A stretch of 64,000 bases of DNA from Stegostoma tigrinum (Eukaryota), in NCBI RefSeq assembly GCF_030684315.1, contig NC_081373.1, forward strand, positions 28,497,989 to 28,561,988. The letters are read 5' to 3'. The notes below the pieces were generated by a model. That model had not been told where the DNA came from. It was given only the letters and a program-made list of their open reading frames with translations, and ran no database searches. Positions 12,621 to 26,829 of this stretch are shown here, piece by piece; position 1 is the first letter of the stretch; each line of letters opens with the position of its first letter. Both the position numbers and the translations under genes were made by a program.

Positions 12621-15600
12621 CAATCCCACTGCGGTGGATAGTGGAACTTGAATTCAAATAAAAAAATCTGAAATTAAGAATCTACTGAAGACAATGAAAC
12701 CATTGTCAATTGTCAAAAAAAAAACTCCATCTGGTCTGGGAAGGAAATCTGCCATCATCACCTGGTCTGCCTAAATTTGACTCCAGACCAACAGCAATGT
12801 GGTTGACTCCAATTGCCCTCCAAAATGGCGTAGCAGGCCACTCAATTAAATCGTTTTGTACAAAGTCTCAAGGAAGAGATGAAACCAGACAAACCACTCA
12901 CCACTGATCTAAGCTTTGGAACAGACAATGGCACAAACAGCTATGTCAATCTTGCAAAGTCATCCTTACTAACAACTGGAGGTTCGTATCAAAATTGGGA
13001 CAGCTGTCTCAGAGACTAGTCAAGCACCAGACTGACGTAAGTCATACTTATGGAATCATACCTGACTGTGTTCCAAACGCTACCATCACCATTCCTGTAT
13101 ATGTCCTGTCCCAGTGGCAGGACAGACCCTGCAGAGGGGGTGACTCAGTCATAGACAGTCAGAAAGGAATTACTGTCAGAGTCCTTAATATTGACTCTGG
13201 ACCCGATTATGTCTCATGGCTACAGGTTAAACACGAGCAAGGAAACCTACTGCTGATTACCAAGTACTGTCTTCCCTTGGCTGATGATCCAATAGCCCTG
13301 CCATGTTGAACAAAATTTGGAAGAAGCACTGAGGTGTCATGGATGCAATATGTACTCTGGGTGGGGAATTTCAACATCCATCACGAACAGTGGCTTGGTA
13401 GCACCATGACCAATTGAACTGGTCGAGTCCTAAAGGACACAGCTGCTAGACTGGGTCTGTAGCAGGTGGTGAGAGGGGAAAGACATATTTGACCTCATTT
13501 ACCAATTTGCCAGTGCTGATGCATTGGTAGGAGTGACCAATGCACAGTCCTTATGCAGGTGAAATCCTGCCTTCACACTGAGAGTACTGTCTACTGTGTT
13601 GTGTAGTTAAAACAATGTGCTAAATTGGACAGACTTCAAACAGATCTCGCAACTCAAGACTGGGCATCCATGAGGTGCTGTGCACCATCGACAGCAGTAG
13701 TGTTGTACTCGAACACAATCTGCAACCTCATGGTCCAGCATATCCCCTACTTAACCATTACAATCAATGGTTTAAATGGAGAATGCAGGACGGCATGCCA
13801 GGAGCAGCTACAGGCATACCTGAAAATGAGAGATCAATTAGGTGAAGCTATCAAACAGAACTATTTGCATGCTAAACAGCATAAGCAGCATGTGCTACTC
13901 AGAGCTAAGCAATCCTCCAACCAATCAATCGGGTCTATGCTCTACAGTTCTGCCACATCCAGTCATGAATGATGGTGGTCAATTAAACAACTCACTGGAG
14001 GACAAGGCTCCACAAACATCCCCAAAGTCAATGACAGGAGAGCAAAAGCTTAAGTGCAAAAGATAAGGCCAAAACATTTGCAGCTATCTTCGATCAGAAG
14101 TGTCAAGTGGGTGATCCATCTTGGATTCTTCCAGTGGTCCACAGCATTACAGATGCCAGTCTTCACCCAATTCGATTCACTCCACATGATATCAAGGAAC
14201 GGTTGGAAACACTGGATACTGCAAAGGTTATGAGTCCTGATAATATTCTGGCAATAGTACAGAACTTACTGCTTCCCTAACCAACCTGTTCCAGTATAGT
14301 TATAAGACTGGCAGCTACCTAATACTGTAGAAAATTACCCAGGTACATCCCCATAAACAAAAAGCAAAACAAGTCCAACCTGGCCAATTATCGCCCCCAT
14401 CGGTCTATTCTCAATCATTAGTGAAGTAATGGAAAATATCATCAACAGTACTCTTAAGCAGTGCTGCTCATTGGCGCCCAGTTTGGGTACGGCCCGGGCC
14501 ACTCAGCTCCTGACCTCATTACAACCTTAGTTCAAACAGGGTCAAAAGAGCTAATTCCAGAGGTAAGTTGAGAGTGACAGCACTTGACATCAACGCTGTC
14601 ATCCGTGGGGAGCTAGCAAATTGGACACAAAATTTGTTTGAAGGTGGGAGACAGAGGGTGGTAGTAGAGGGTTGTATTTCAGACTGGAGGTCTGTGACCA
14701 GTGATGTGCCACAGGTATCAGTGCTGCATCCACTGCTTTTCATCATTTATATAAATGATTTGAATGTGATTATAGGAGGTACAGATGTTAGCAAAATTGT
14801 TGGTGTAGTGGACAGTAAAGCCCAGAGTAAAACAGGACGTTGATCAGGTGGGAAATGAGCTGAAGAGTGGCATATGGAGTTTAATGTAGATAAATGTGAG
14901 GTGCTGCATTTGGGAAGGTAAATCAGGACGGGGCTTATACAATTAATGGCAGAGCCCTGGGGAGTGTTGCTGAACAAACAGTCCTAGGAGTGCAGGTGCA
15001 CAGTTCCTTGAAAATGGAGTTGCAGGTAGACAGAGTGTTGTAGATGGTGTTTGGTATGCTTGATCAGTGCATTCAGTGTAGGATCAGTTAGGAAAGCCAC
15101 AAGTTCTGTACCATTGCTGGAACATTGTCAGGGTCTGTAGCCTTTGCAGTTGCACCTGTAAAGGACATTGGTGAGGCCACTTTTAGAATACTACATTCAG
15201 TTCTGGTCTTCCAGCTATCGGAAAGATGTTGTTAAACCAGTGTGTTCAGAAAAGAGTTTCAAGGATGTGCTGGGATTGGAGGGTTTGAGCTATAGGGAGA
15301 GGCTGTATGGGCTGAGGCTGAATAGGCAGAGGCATTTTTCCCTGGAGCATCAGAGACTGAGGGATAACCTTACAGAGCTTTATAAAACTATGACGGGCAT
15401 GAATAGGGTGAATAGTCAAGGTCTTTTTCACAGGGTGCGGGAGTCCAAACCTAGAGGGCATAGGTTTAAGGTGAGAGGGGAAAGATTTAAAAAAGACCCG
15501 AGGGGGTGACTTTTTCATGCAGAGGGTGGTGCATGTATGGAATGAGCTGCAACAGGAGGTGGTGGAAGTGCATAAAACTGCAAAATTTAAAAATGCATCT

Positions 15601-16833
15601 CGATGGGCACGTGAATAGGAAGGGTTTTGAGGGATATGGGCCAAATGAGACTAGATCAGTTTAGGCTATCTGGTCTGCACGTACGAGCTGGACTGAAGGC
15701 TCTGTTTCTGTGCTGTTTAACTGTGACTTTTTGACTGAGTGAAGCATCATGGATCCCTAGCAAAACTGGAATCAATGGGTAAGAGGGGGCAAAGTCTCTG
15801 CTGGTTGGAGTCATACCTGGCACATAGGAAGGTGGTTGTGGTTTTTGGAGTTCAGTCAGTTCCTGGATATTTCTGCAGGTGTTCTGCAGAGTAGTGTCCT
15901 GGGCCTATCCATCTTCATCAATGATCTTCCCTCCATCATAAGGTTAGAAATGGGGTCGTTCACCGATAATTACACAATGTTCAGCACTATTCATGATTCC
16001 TCAGATATTGAAGCAGTCCATGTTCAAATGGAACATGGTCTGGACAATATCCAGGCTTGGGCTGACAACTGGCAAGTAACATTTGCACCACACAAATGTC
16101 AAGCAATGACCATCTCCAATAAGAGACAATTTAATCATGCCTCTCGACGTTCAGTGATGTCACGAACACTCTATCCCCACTATCAAAACACTTGGGGATA
16201 CCATGGACCAGAAAGTCAACTGACCTGTCACATAAACACAGTGACTACAAGAGTGGCTCAGTGGATAGGTATACTATGACGAGTAACTCATCTCCTGACT
16301 CCTCAAAGCCTTACGACCATCTACAAGGGCCGAGTCAGGATGAATACTCCCCACTTGCTTGGATGAGTGCAACTCCAGGAACACTCAAGAAACTTGACAG
16401 CGTCCAAGCCAAAGCAGCCAGCTTGCTTGGCACCACATCCACTCTCTCAACCACTGATCCACAGTAAACATATCTGCTACTATCTACAAGATGGACTGCA
16501 GAAATTCACCAAAGATCCTTAGATAGCAAATTCCAAACCAACAACTATTTCAATATAGAAGGACAAGGGCAGCAGATACTTGGGAACACCACAACCTGCA
16601 AGTTGCTCTGCAAGCGACTCAACATCCTGACTTGAAAATATATTGCCGTTCCTTCACTGTTGCTGGGTCAAAATTCTGGAATTTCCTCCCTACAGACATT
16701 GTGGGTTAAACTACAGCATACAGTTTGCAGCAGATTAAGAAGGCAGTTTACCAGTTTACCACCATCTTCTCAAGGGCAACAAAATGCTGGACAGCCAGCG
16801 ATGTCTACATCCCACGAGTGAATTTTTAAAAAA
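12621..16833 (+). mobile_element. Decayed near-full-length LINE (CR1/L2 group, second family) with AP-endonuclease and RT remnants, interrupted by a CR1 insertion
   Basis: Frameshifted remnants: GNFNIHH (APE, ~13365), KSNLANYRP (~14370), RVTALDI (~14575), QSSVLG..IFINDLP and WADNWQVTFAPHKCQAM (~15890-16110). A-rich tail at about 16828. Confidence 0.8.
14599..15727 (+). mobile_element. CR1 LINE fragment nested inside the older LINE
   Basis: RQRVVVEGC.SDWRSVTS.VPQ.SVL.PLLF.IYINDL, then VRPLLEY.IQFWS, RGHRFKVRG and the CR1 3' UTR. Confidence 0.88.
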
Positions 16834-18199
16834 AGGAGACAGTTCAGGAAGGTGGCATGGAGGTAGGTGATCAGCCGTGATCCAGTTAATTGATGGAAAG
16901 ACTTGACAGGTGAATGGCCTTCTCCTGTTCCTCTGACACAGACCTTACCTGGGGGCTAACATTTCATCTAAGCTGTGGAGTCACTCCAAGGGTCTGCACG
17001 TGCCAATCGGTGAGCTGATGCCACTTCCAGCAATGACTTCCAGATTTGGAAGTCACTGCTGTGTATGGATGCCAGAGGTTCTTGCAGAAGAAACTAAAAT
17101 GAGGGATTGTACTTGGGGACAGTCCCTGGAAAACAGCGGTATAGGATGCCTTTTCAGAACATCACTGTTGCTAGGTCTTCAGCAACATCATTTTTGTCCA
17201 AATGGCAACAGTGTGAAAATGAAATTAAATGGCGATTGCCAAATGGGAAGGCAAAGCTTTGATAACTACTTGTCTTCAGCTGGGACAACAGGGGAATAAG
17301 TGTCTTGGGAGAATAACATAGGGCAGTAATTATTGGTGCAAGTCACTTCTACCTTAATTTCCCCTATTTTACACTGTTCAAAAATTCCCACGTAACAAAT
17401 GAGTATAGATGAATATCGGTTGATATATAGCGGCAAACAAATATTATGTATTGCTCCTCAACACACAGATCGTAGAAATTAAGGACAGAATCTGTATGTA
17501 TTAAGTTTATTTTACACAGTGTGCATATAGACAAATAACATTTTTAATGTATATTGTAATATTTCATATTCTGTATTAACGTTGCTACGGTGTTTCTTCC
17601 CAGCCACAGTGCAACTGAACACAGGGTATAAAAACATAAGAAATGGTAGAGATGGATCATTTGGCTCCTTGAACCTGCCCTGCCATTCAACAGGATCATG
17701 GCTCATCTTCTAACTCAATTCCACTTTCCCCTGTGAGCTTGACATCCCATAATTCCCACAATATCCATAAATCTATTGATTACCCCTGAATGTACATATT
17801 GACTCAGCACCGTTCATTGGTGTGGGATTTCCAAAAATCCAAGATTCAGTGAAGTGCCTCATCATCTCAATCCTAAACAGCCAATCCCTTATTCTCCTAA
17901 AAGGAGAAAATAAGGCCATCAGCACCAACCGTGCCATGTCCCTTGAGAATTTTGCATGTGTAATTGAGAAAGCCTCAATCCTAAACTCGGGTCTAATCAA
18001 TTATTTCTCATAAAGCAATCTCTTCAAACCATAAACCTATTGAACCTTTATCGTACTCTAAACGAAAGATTCTAAACTATTCATTAAGACAATTGCGAAT
18101 GACGTTCTCTTATAAAAGTTGTAAAATTATCAGAAACTAATCTTTAACTTAAGGTGATCGCCTTTTAGAGACGAGCTTCTTGTTTCCAACAGGTTCCAC

Positions 18200-19200
18200 G
18201 ATTTCTATACCATTCCATCTGTAATTGGTTTTATTTGGAGGGAGAGCGACTGAATGCTAGATTGCCGGCTCTGTGGGTGACGGACATCCACCCGACTTTG
18301 TTCTCAGTGAATTGGACCCCGTTCACTTCTCACCGGACCGTGTTGAGAGAGGGGCGGAACCGCCGCCGGGCCTGCTCGAGACAATTGGTCAGTCAGGTCG
18401 GTCGCCGATTCCCATTGAACCAATCCAATGTCAATCACGGACAGTCAAAGCATCAGGTTAGGCTGCGCCGCTAAGGCCGTGTTGTGGATTTGAAAACTGA
18501 GGGGGAGGGGATTAAAACCGACTCCCGAAAGGATTGGGAGGGGGGTTAGGACAGGCAGAGGCCGGGTTATTCGAACCCCACGGAGTTGGAGGCGGACATG
18601 TCCGTGGATCGTTGGACCGTCGCGTCAAGCGATGCACCCGGACTCCCTAAATATATAACGTACACCTCATCCTCCTCAAAAAGAACACTAAAGCTGCATC
18701 TCATCTCGTTGCTGTGTCGGACCTGCCTACCAGCATTTATTTTTAATCTTATTGCTTCACTTACCCTCTAATTAATGTCTGCCCTGGAAACGTCGTTTAA
18801 CCAGAGTAACATCCCACTCGGGCTGGCGGTGGTGTGATGACCTTTTGAACGCGATCAACGGCATTGTCATCGACAGCGGCGGGGAGCTAATTTAACGGAT
18901 TTCCAATTTAAATTATTTTTTCTTCCGCCGAATCCTCGCTGGAAGATTGAAGCGAGCAACCGAACAAAAGCCAGAAGGGGTCAGAGTTCGGGAGGGAGGA
19001 ATCAGTGCGACAGCTTAACAAGTCCCCACGGAAACTGTCACCCTGGAAACCACAGCACCAACAGGGGCCAGTAATCATGGCAATGACTGACATCCTCACT
19101 TGTCAAACAGCAGAGAGAACCTTTAGATCACTTGAGGATCTTACCTGAGCTCGGGAAGGGTGAAATACTCAACGAAGGACGTGCTGGCTGTACAATCGAT
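18200..19200 (-). promoter_or_regulatory. CpG island, probable promoter and non-coding 5' exon(s) of IKZF5 copy A
   Basis: CpG/GC-rich island in AT-rich surroundings, with a GC box GGGGCGG (~18351) and several CCAAT/ATTGG boxes. Minus-strand donor-like sites AGG|GTAAGT (~18764) and CAG|GTAAGA (~19144). It lies about 8 kb upstream of the copy A ATG exon. Confidence 0.7.
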
Positions 19201-22200
19201 TATGTTTTCAGTATAGTACTGTATTGGGTCTGGTGCGACAGAACCAGATCTATGATTTGCATTCACTCAATTAGTAGTGCTAAAGGAGGGCGAAATATTC
19301 GTTGAGAGTAAAGACAACTTTGCAACCAAAGCCGAAGTCTGTTGCCTCACTAAGGCTAGTGTAAAACATTTTGGAAAATGAGTATGTAGGCTTTGAACAA
19401 TCTTAAAAAATAAATTGACCTAATTTTTTTTAAAAAAGTAATTGACCTAAGAAATAAAATTAACATTCTCAAAGGGCATTTCAGCAATAGAAGACAACGT
19501 GAAAGAAGGTCTTGAAGGTGGCATTCTAAGAATTATTCTCAAAGCCAAGTACCATGGTCAAAGTCGGAAACGCTTAGCATATGACACCTTCCCTCTAGGC
19601 AAGGCGTTGGAAACTAGGTATTTGGGGTACTTTCGAAATCAATCTGTTCAGAGCTGATACCACGTCTCTGGAGCAGTTGGGACTTGAACCCAGGACTCTT
19701 GGTTCAGAGATAGGAATACTAACCTCCCCCCCGGGGGATGATGAAATGGGTAGGGAAACAAATGAGAAATAAACTAGAATAGACTTGCATGATGAGTTAG
19801 AATGTTCAATGTAGAAACAGCCTATTTTAAACATATAGGTAATGGGCAAGTAAAAGAAAGGGGAAGTGGCTGAATACAAGAGAAACCTTAAAATTGACAA
19901 CTCGGAATCTGTTGGAAGAATTGTTCCAAAGAGCCATCCAGTGGTTTTAATATATAATTGCATTGTGATATCAACATCAGAAAAGTGAATGGGAAATATG
20001 GACGTTGGAATTTATAATGGAAATTCCAACAAGTAGACCTGACAAAACAATGCTTGTTCATCCTAAGACACTCATCCTTAGCCACTCATCCTTAGCCAAA
20101 ACCATAACAATTCATACATTTATACTAATCTATCCAAAATTTGTTTAATTTGTCTCCTGTTGATTCAAAGAAGTGATCATTTATTTATTTGTCAACACCA
20201 TTACGATTATTTCTTTTAGAAATATGCAGTTGAGGAAAGTTATATCTGTACGATGGATGCAAGTAATATTTCCTAATGTATTTACAAACTGGCTATGTTT
20301 TTCTATATTAAAATCATGGGAAGTCAGAAGTGTGGAAAAATGGCTTCCTGCATTCTGGCTTTTTAAAACATTACATAATAGGTACTACTACTTATGCACA
20401 TCAGGAAAAGACAATAATAAAATACCTACAGTGGCTATCCATTCAACTTCCTTTCTTGAAAAACGTTTATCAACATTTCAAAATTCTCATTCAATATAAA
20501 ATTAGAGGATTTGCTATGGAATTGTGAATGAAATTGGCCCGTCTAATGGCATAAAACAATTCCATACCATTATGAGTAACTTCTTTTTCCACCAAAATAT
20601 TTTCTAGGTTCAAGTTACTTGAAGTACTATAGGTAATATAGAGTACCAAAATATATTCTTTCAAAAAATCAATTTGTTCAGATGCACTATGACACAGGAC
20701 TGGAGCAGGTGGGACTTGAACCCAGGTCCTTGAGCCCAGAGATGTGGATGTTACTAATACACCACGAGAGGCCTCTCATCTAATAGAGCATTCATGGTTG
20801 GCTTAAAACTTCCTTTTCACACAGAAAGCATGTGGATGTTTATACTCAATTCTGCTGTAATAGCGTTAGGTATTAGTCTACAATTTACTGCTGGCATAAC
20901 AAATGTCAGTGGTTCAACTCCTATTAAGATGTCCATGTCTCAGGGTTGCTACTGCTGAAACATGGCTAGATGTAGATAGGTTTCTTTTCCCAACTCTAAC
21001 AGGTCATAGCAAAGTAATGGAATTAAGTCAAACATTAAAAAAAGGTGTTTCATTTTTGTCTTTTCTCACTATTTGGTTTTTCTTTTGGCTGATCAAACTG
21101 GAGGATATCTTGAAAAGCAAAAATATGTTGATTCAACAAGTTTCAACTTTAAAATTCAGTCAAGTTCACAATGAATACAGGAGTGGGAAACTAATTCATT
21201 TTGCAATTTATCCGGTATTTAAGTGCATCTTGCAAACAATAGATTTCACATTACTGTACCACTAATTTGTCAGCAAAATAGTGGTATATGCCAGCTGGGT
21301 TCAGGGAACTCACTCCTGGGAGCAAAGGCAGAACCACAGAATGTTAGGCAGAGCTGTACTCCCTTCATTGACAAGATCTTCTGATGTAATATATTAAATA
21401 CATTTTTAATATCCTCCTGCTTTTAAAATTTTCATCAACTTTGAATTCAATCATTCACCACAATAATATTAACAGCAGAACCACTTAATTATCACGTGGT
21501 TTCCTAAATAACGAAGTAAAGAGGCACCTATGCAAAATCTTACCATTTCAGTTACAGTATTGAGGCTTTTGTGAGAATATATGGTAATAAATAATGCCAC
21601 AGGATAGATAAAGGAGCAGACTTTTCCAGTAGTTATGTATCAATTGTGAGGCCAAAAATAAAAAATTGCACGTTATTGGAACTGAAAGCAGGAGAAGCCT
21701 CTTCAATTCTTAGTTCTGGAAACAAATTCAACGATTGAGGCAAAACTGTCAACATTCAAGATTACACCGGACAGATTGTCAAGGAGCCTGTTTCCATGTT
21801 GTAACTTTCTGTATTTTTCTAATTTGTTTAGCTTGAAGCAATTAACTGGGATTTCACATACTTTAACCTTCTATTCCACTGTTAAAACCATATTACACTT
21901 CACAGACAAATTCTCAAAACTCCATGACCCTAGTTTTATCCTTGCATATTTACAGAACCATTTCTTCCAGCTCACAATTAAGCATACAGAATTTTCCATT
22001 TTGTACTAACACCAGAAAATAAATTTCAGGTTTTTATGAAAATAGTTCAAAATTTTGAAAAAAAGGAATAGCTTAATGGCAGCTGTTCCTCAAGAAGAAA
22101 AATCTAATAATTTTGCTAATAGTATTTTACAAGTTTGCTACTTTTGAGCTGATGAGCAAATTTGTCTCACGCTGACATGAGCTTCACAAAACCTGCTTCA

Positions 22201-22334
22201 CAAGACTCATATTTCCCCTTTTATGAAGTACATGACTTGTGCTCATCACCCACCATCTCCTTTCTCACACTACATCCCAGCCCTAAAACAGCAGTAAGAT
22301 CACTTTGTCATTCAGCACACTTCACTGAGTTTTA

Positions 22335-22645
22335 GAAGATCATTGAATCCCTAAGTGTGGAAGCAGGCCCTTCGGCCCAACAAGTCCATACTGACCCTGA
22401 CAGCATCCCACCCAGGCCCATCCCCCTAAAACCCATCTAATTTACACATCCCTGAACACTACAGGCAATTTAGCATGGCCAATCCACCTAGCCTGCACAT
22501 CTTTGGAGGAAACTGGAGCTCCCAGAGCAAACCCACGCAGACACGGGGAGAATATGCAAATTCACACAGACAGTCACCAGAGGCCAGAATTGAACCCAGG
22601 TGCCTGGCACTGTCAGGCAGCAGTGCTAACCACTGAGCCGCCCCG
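22335..22645 (-). mobile_element. tRNA-derived SINE (HE1-like)
   Basis: Minus-strand head ggggcggctcagtggttagcactgctgcc...gggttcaattc (A/B boxes), conserved body tgtgcaggctaggtggattggccatgctaaattgcc, and a CR1-like 3' tail. Confidence 0.85.
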
Positions 22646-25600
22646 TTAATAAATATGCATACTATATAGTGGGGCTTGCCCACCTCTTAACCGACTAATT
22701 CTTCTCTTTCCACTCCCCAGTCACCACATATCATGTTAATACCCCTCCCTGATCCTCATGCTATCAATGGATTTGATTCCACAGCAGCCTGGATTATCTT
22801 ATTTGCAAACCCTTCTTTATAGTTTCCAATGCATTTAATACTGTAATTGACTACAACATTGGCATACAATGCCTCCCATCATCCAGTTTGATGAAATTGC
22901 CGTGCACAGATTTTATTCCCATTTTCTGAATGCACTCTGTATATGTTGAAAAACTGCATCTCTCCCTTCTCTATTTCTTGAATCCTATCCCCATCTGATT
23001 TGAGCAACCTTATTCATTATGTATATGAACTCCTAAACAGCCTCTGGCAGCATGTCCTGAATGAAGTATAGCCTACTTTGGTCCAAATCAAGGACAGCTG
23101 TTTAAGAATCTGCCACAAACTTAAGTCTCTTGACACCATCTGCATCCATGTCAGCTATTCTCAGTCTAAACCCTCTATTCGTAACCAATGTCTCATTTGA
23201 CCCAGAACTGTGCTTGAGAAACATCATCCATTCATCACCAACAGTTTTTCTTTTCATCTCCATATATACACACACCAGTAACTCAAATGCACTTTTCCCA
23301 CCATATTCATGCTCTTCTTCCATTGTTCATCTTTAATCAACATTTCCAAAATCTATCACATGGCCTGTTCTGCTAATACATTCTCTATTCCATAACTTCA
23401 TCACCTCCAAAATAACAACGTTCATTACATTAGTGGTTGGCCTCAGACAATCTCATTTATGCTATTTCCTCTAATTTTGTAAACTCTCCTGACTATCCCA
23501 TTGCTTGGAGTTTTATGTTCTGTGGATGTCAGTGGGTCTGGCAGCGACAATGAATGGAGAAGTAGATTTTAGGTAGAATCCAATGATACTTTACACAACT
23601 CAATCGATGCTGCCAGAACTGCTGAGTATCTCCAGCATTATTTATTTTCATTTCAGATCTTCAATATTGCACTATTTGGTGTTTCACTTTTGGGCATTCA
23701 TTTTTAATTGGGAGCAGCAGAACTTAATTTCAGGCCAAGATTTCTTTCAAACCTTCTTGACTTAACATTCATTGACTTACACACCTATTTTGAAACATTC
23801 TGGGATATATCTCCCTCATAAAGGGCACAAAATGCAAATTGTTATTTGGTACTTGCACAAAAAGGACTAACAGGTGATTTCAGTTCAAACCTTAGCTAAG
23901 CTACAAGATGATTCTTTTGGACTTTTAAATTTCAAAGTACTCTAAGGTTACAGGGAATATAAAACTGCACTACAACCTTGAAAGCGTTGCTAAATTACGC
24001 TCAGAGAAAAAGTGTTATAGCTTATGATCAGGACGTACCTATAATTTCAAGTTCTTAAAACTTCAAAAATTTTAAACAGCTTATATTTCAAAATGTAACT
24101 TATGTTGGGGGGAACATATGTAATGGGAAAATATGTCAGTAGTTGCACTGTATAACGACAGGTACAGATTCAGTTTGAACTACATTAACATAAATAACAA
24201 CAGTACTGATTTTGCTGAGATCAGTTTGCCACCAATGGCAAGTTCAACTGATAAACAATGTTATGCTTACAAACAATACTAGCAGAGATAACAGGCCATT
24301 TGACCCAAGAGGTTCATATGAACATTATGTTTCACACCCTTCCTCATTTAACACAATTAACATATCCTTGAACTCCTTTCTTTGCATGCACTTATACAGT
24401 TCTTACTTGATCATATCTATGTAATTATATTAACCCTGCACAAGTTCCACAACCCACTTTCTACATAAATAAGTCTCTTTTGAATTCCCTTTTAATAAAT
24501 GCAACGACTAACTTGTATTTGTGATCCTTAAATCTTGTTTTGCAGTTGAAAATATCCTCTTTGCCTTCTCTATTCAATGACATTCACAATAAGACCGCTA
24601 GTAGACCACTACACAAGTCTTTTCATTTCTTGGAAACAGAAGGCCTGGCCAATTTCAATTTTTCCTGATTGATGTAACCTCAGTTCTGGTATCATTGTAG
24701 CAGGTCTTTTTTTGCACTTTTTTAATTTCCTTTTTGTATTAAGACCAAAACTATTTACAATACTTAAAGTTCTGTACAAGTTTAAACATGTTCTTCAATC
24801 CTACCCCCCTTGAAATTAACTTTGATTTAACGAACAAAGCCATAAAAATTAATTTGTACATCTGCATCACTAGACTCCTCTGCTCATCAGGTTTTATCCT
24901 TATTAAAATATATTACCTTTCACTTAGCACATTTGTCATTAACATGCCCATTATGAAAGCTTATTCATATATTCCTATATTTTCATTTTTTCCACCATAT
25001 TAACAAGAAACATCAACATCTCACCCACAATTTTTGAAAATGTATTTCTGATACGAGTCAAAATTATTTAAACTAAATGGACCCTACACGACCCTTGTTA
25101 GAAAAATACTGCTGTATACGGTACTGCTAGTCGAAAGTACTAAAAAGCTATATCTTACATAGACTTAAGCAATATGTGCACACTTGATGTTAATATGCAT
25201 CCTCCATTTTCCAAGAGTGCTAGTATAATTACACCTGCTGTACTGCTATTGTAGAACAACCCAGACAAAGAACAGGCAAGTAGTGTAGAATAAACAGACT
25301 ATTATCAAGGATTTAGTTTATTCAGTATGGAAGGGAAAACAAAATTAAATCAAGCAGACCTAGGATGAAGTCATTACGTCAGGTGATAGGGTAATACAAG
25401 ATTCTGTTCAATTCTTTACATGAGATCCTGTTCTTCACCAGGAACAGTGGAAAAAGATCAGATATTTCCTAAGGAAATGCAATTTCAACTTTTCTATTGA
25501 AACCTGGTTGCCAGGCGATAACACTGGCAAACCAAGGAAGTAGCCCTCAGTAAAGATATGGTAGAAACTCAAATTATCAATACCAGCAAAAATAAGTAAC

Positions 25601-26829
25601 TTTACAGGGAGAAATAAGTACTTTGTACTGCTTTCATATTTAAAGCACAACTATTGAATGTCATGGATCTTTATATAATGTTCAGCAGATTTATTCAAAT
25701 GCTCCAGCCAAGAATGCTTCAAAATAATTCTTTTAAAAAAGTCACTGATTTCTGAAGAGAACTATATTATTAAAACCTTATATATATCCTTTTAAAATCA
25801 ATTTTCTATTTCCAAAGAGTAGCAATAAAATGCTGTAACTGGCCTCTCCACCCTAGGCTAGAAATTTAAGTGCGTTTGGAGAAAGATAAATTTCCATTCA
25901 AGTGAGAGATGATTGAAAACATGTGATGTGGATTGGATCCAACATGGTTGCAACGATAAATAACCGCACAAGCCAATTTGAACTTAAGTCACTTGAAGTA
26001 GGTACAAGGACTAGAGACGATCATTTAGCTACTCAAGCTCATTATTTTCCATTTTGTGACCTAACTCCACCTACCTAACTTTATCCAAAAACAGTCCCTC
26101 AGTATCTGTGACTTTTGGTTCCGAATTGATTTTGGTTTTAAAATTTACAATTCATCTAATGTCAACTTCTGAAGCAAAAAAACAGTTCCAAACTTTTGTA
26201 CTGTTTGTTTGTAATGGATTCATAACTTCATTTCTGAAAGGTCTGCCTGCAATTTAAAGATTTTGTTTTATAGTTCTACATACTCCAACTAGGTATTTAA
26301 AAAAATTGCCCTTACTGCTTCCCTTAATACCTTAAAGATCTTCTAGGATGATTTGACATAAACCACATAAATTCCAGAGGATGCAATCCTAGTAGATTAA
26401 TCCCACCTTACTTTAACTCTGGAAATCCAGGTTACCATTGTAATAAATATAAGATACATTCTTCCAAGGCTAATGTATGATCCTTGTTAGGACAACACCA
26501 AACCATGCATCAGCAATTTTAAGGAGAAATAAAATGCAGTAAATTATTTACTTGCTTAATTGACCTTTCCCATCAACACCTTTCTTCAATTTTAAAATAC
26601 ATTTAATAGCCTGTTCATGTTTTTAAATACATAAATGATAGGCAAGCAGTGGAGAAGTAATTAGGTCATTGGCAGTCTGGAAAATATTTTCAGTTTCCTT
26701 TTAAACAAATTAACAATTGATTAATCTAGTTTTTATTATAGTTTTACAAAGGATTGAAATGAAGTTACCATTTAATGAAACAAGATTAATTTGGATTAAT
26801 TTTTAATAACTTTATTAATACAAATAACA

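Noticed and set aside
19200-26700. Duplicated ACADSB remnant beside the copy A promoter
   Set aside because: No sequence resembling ACADSB exons 1-3 was visible by eye. A sensitive alignment would be needed to exclude it.
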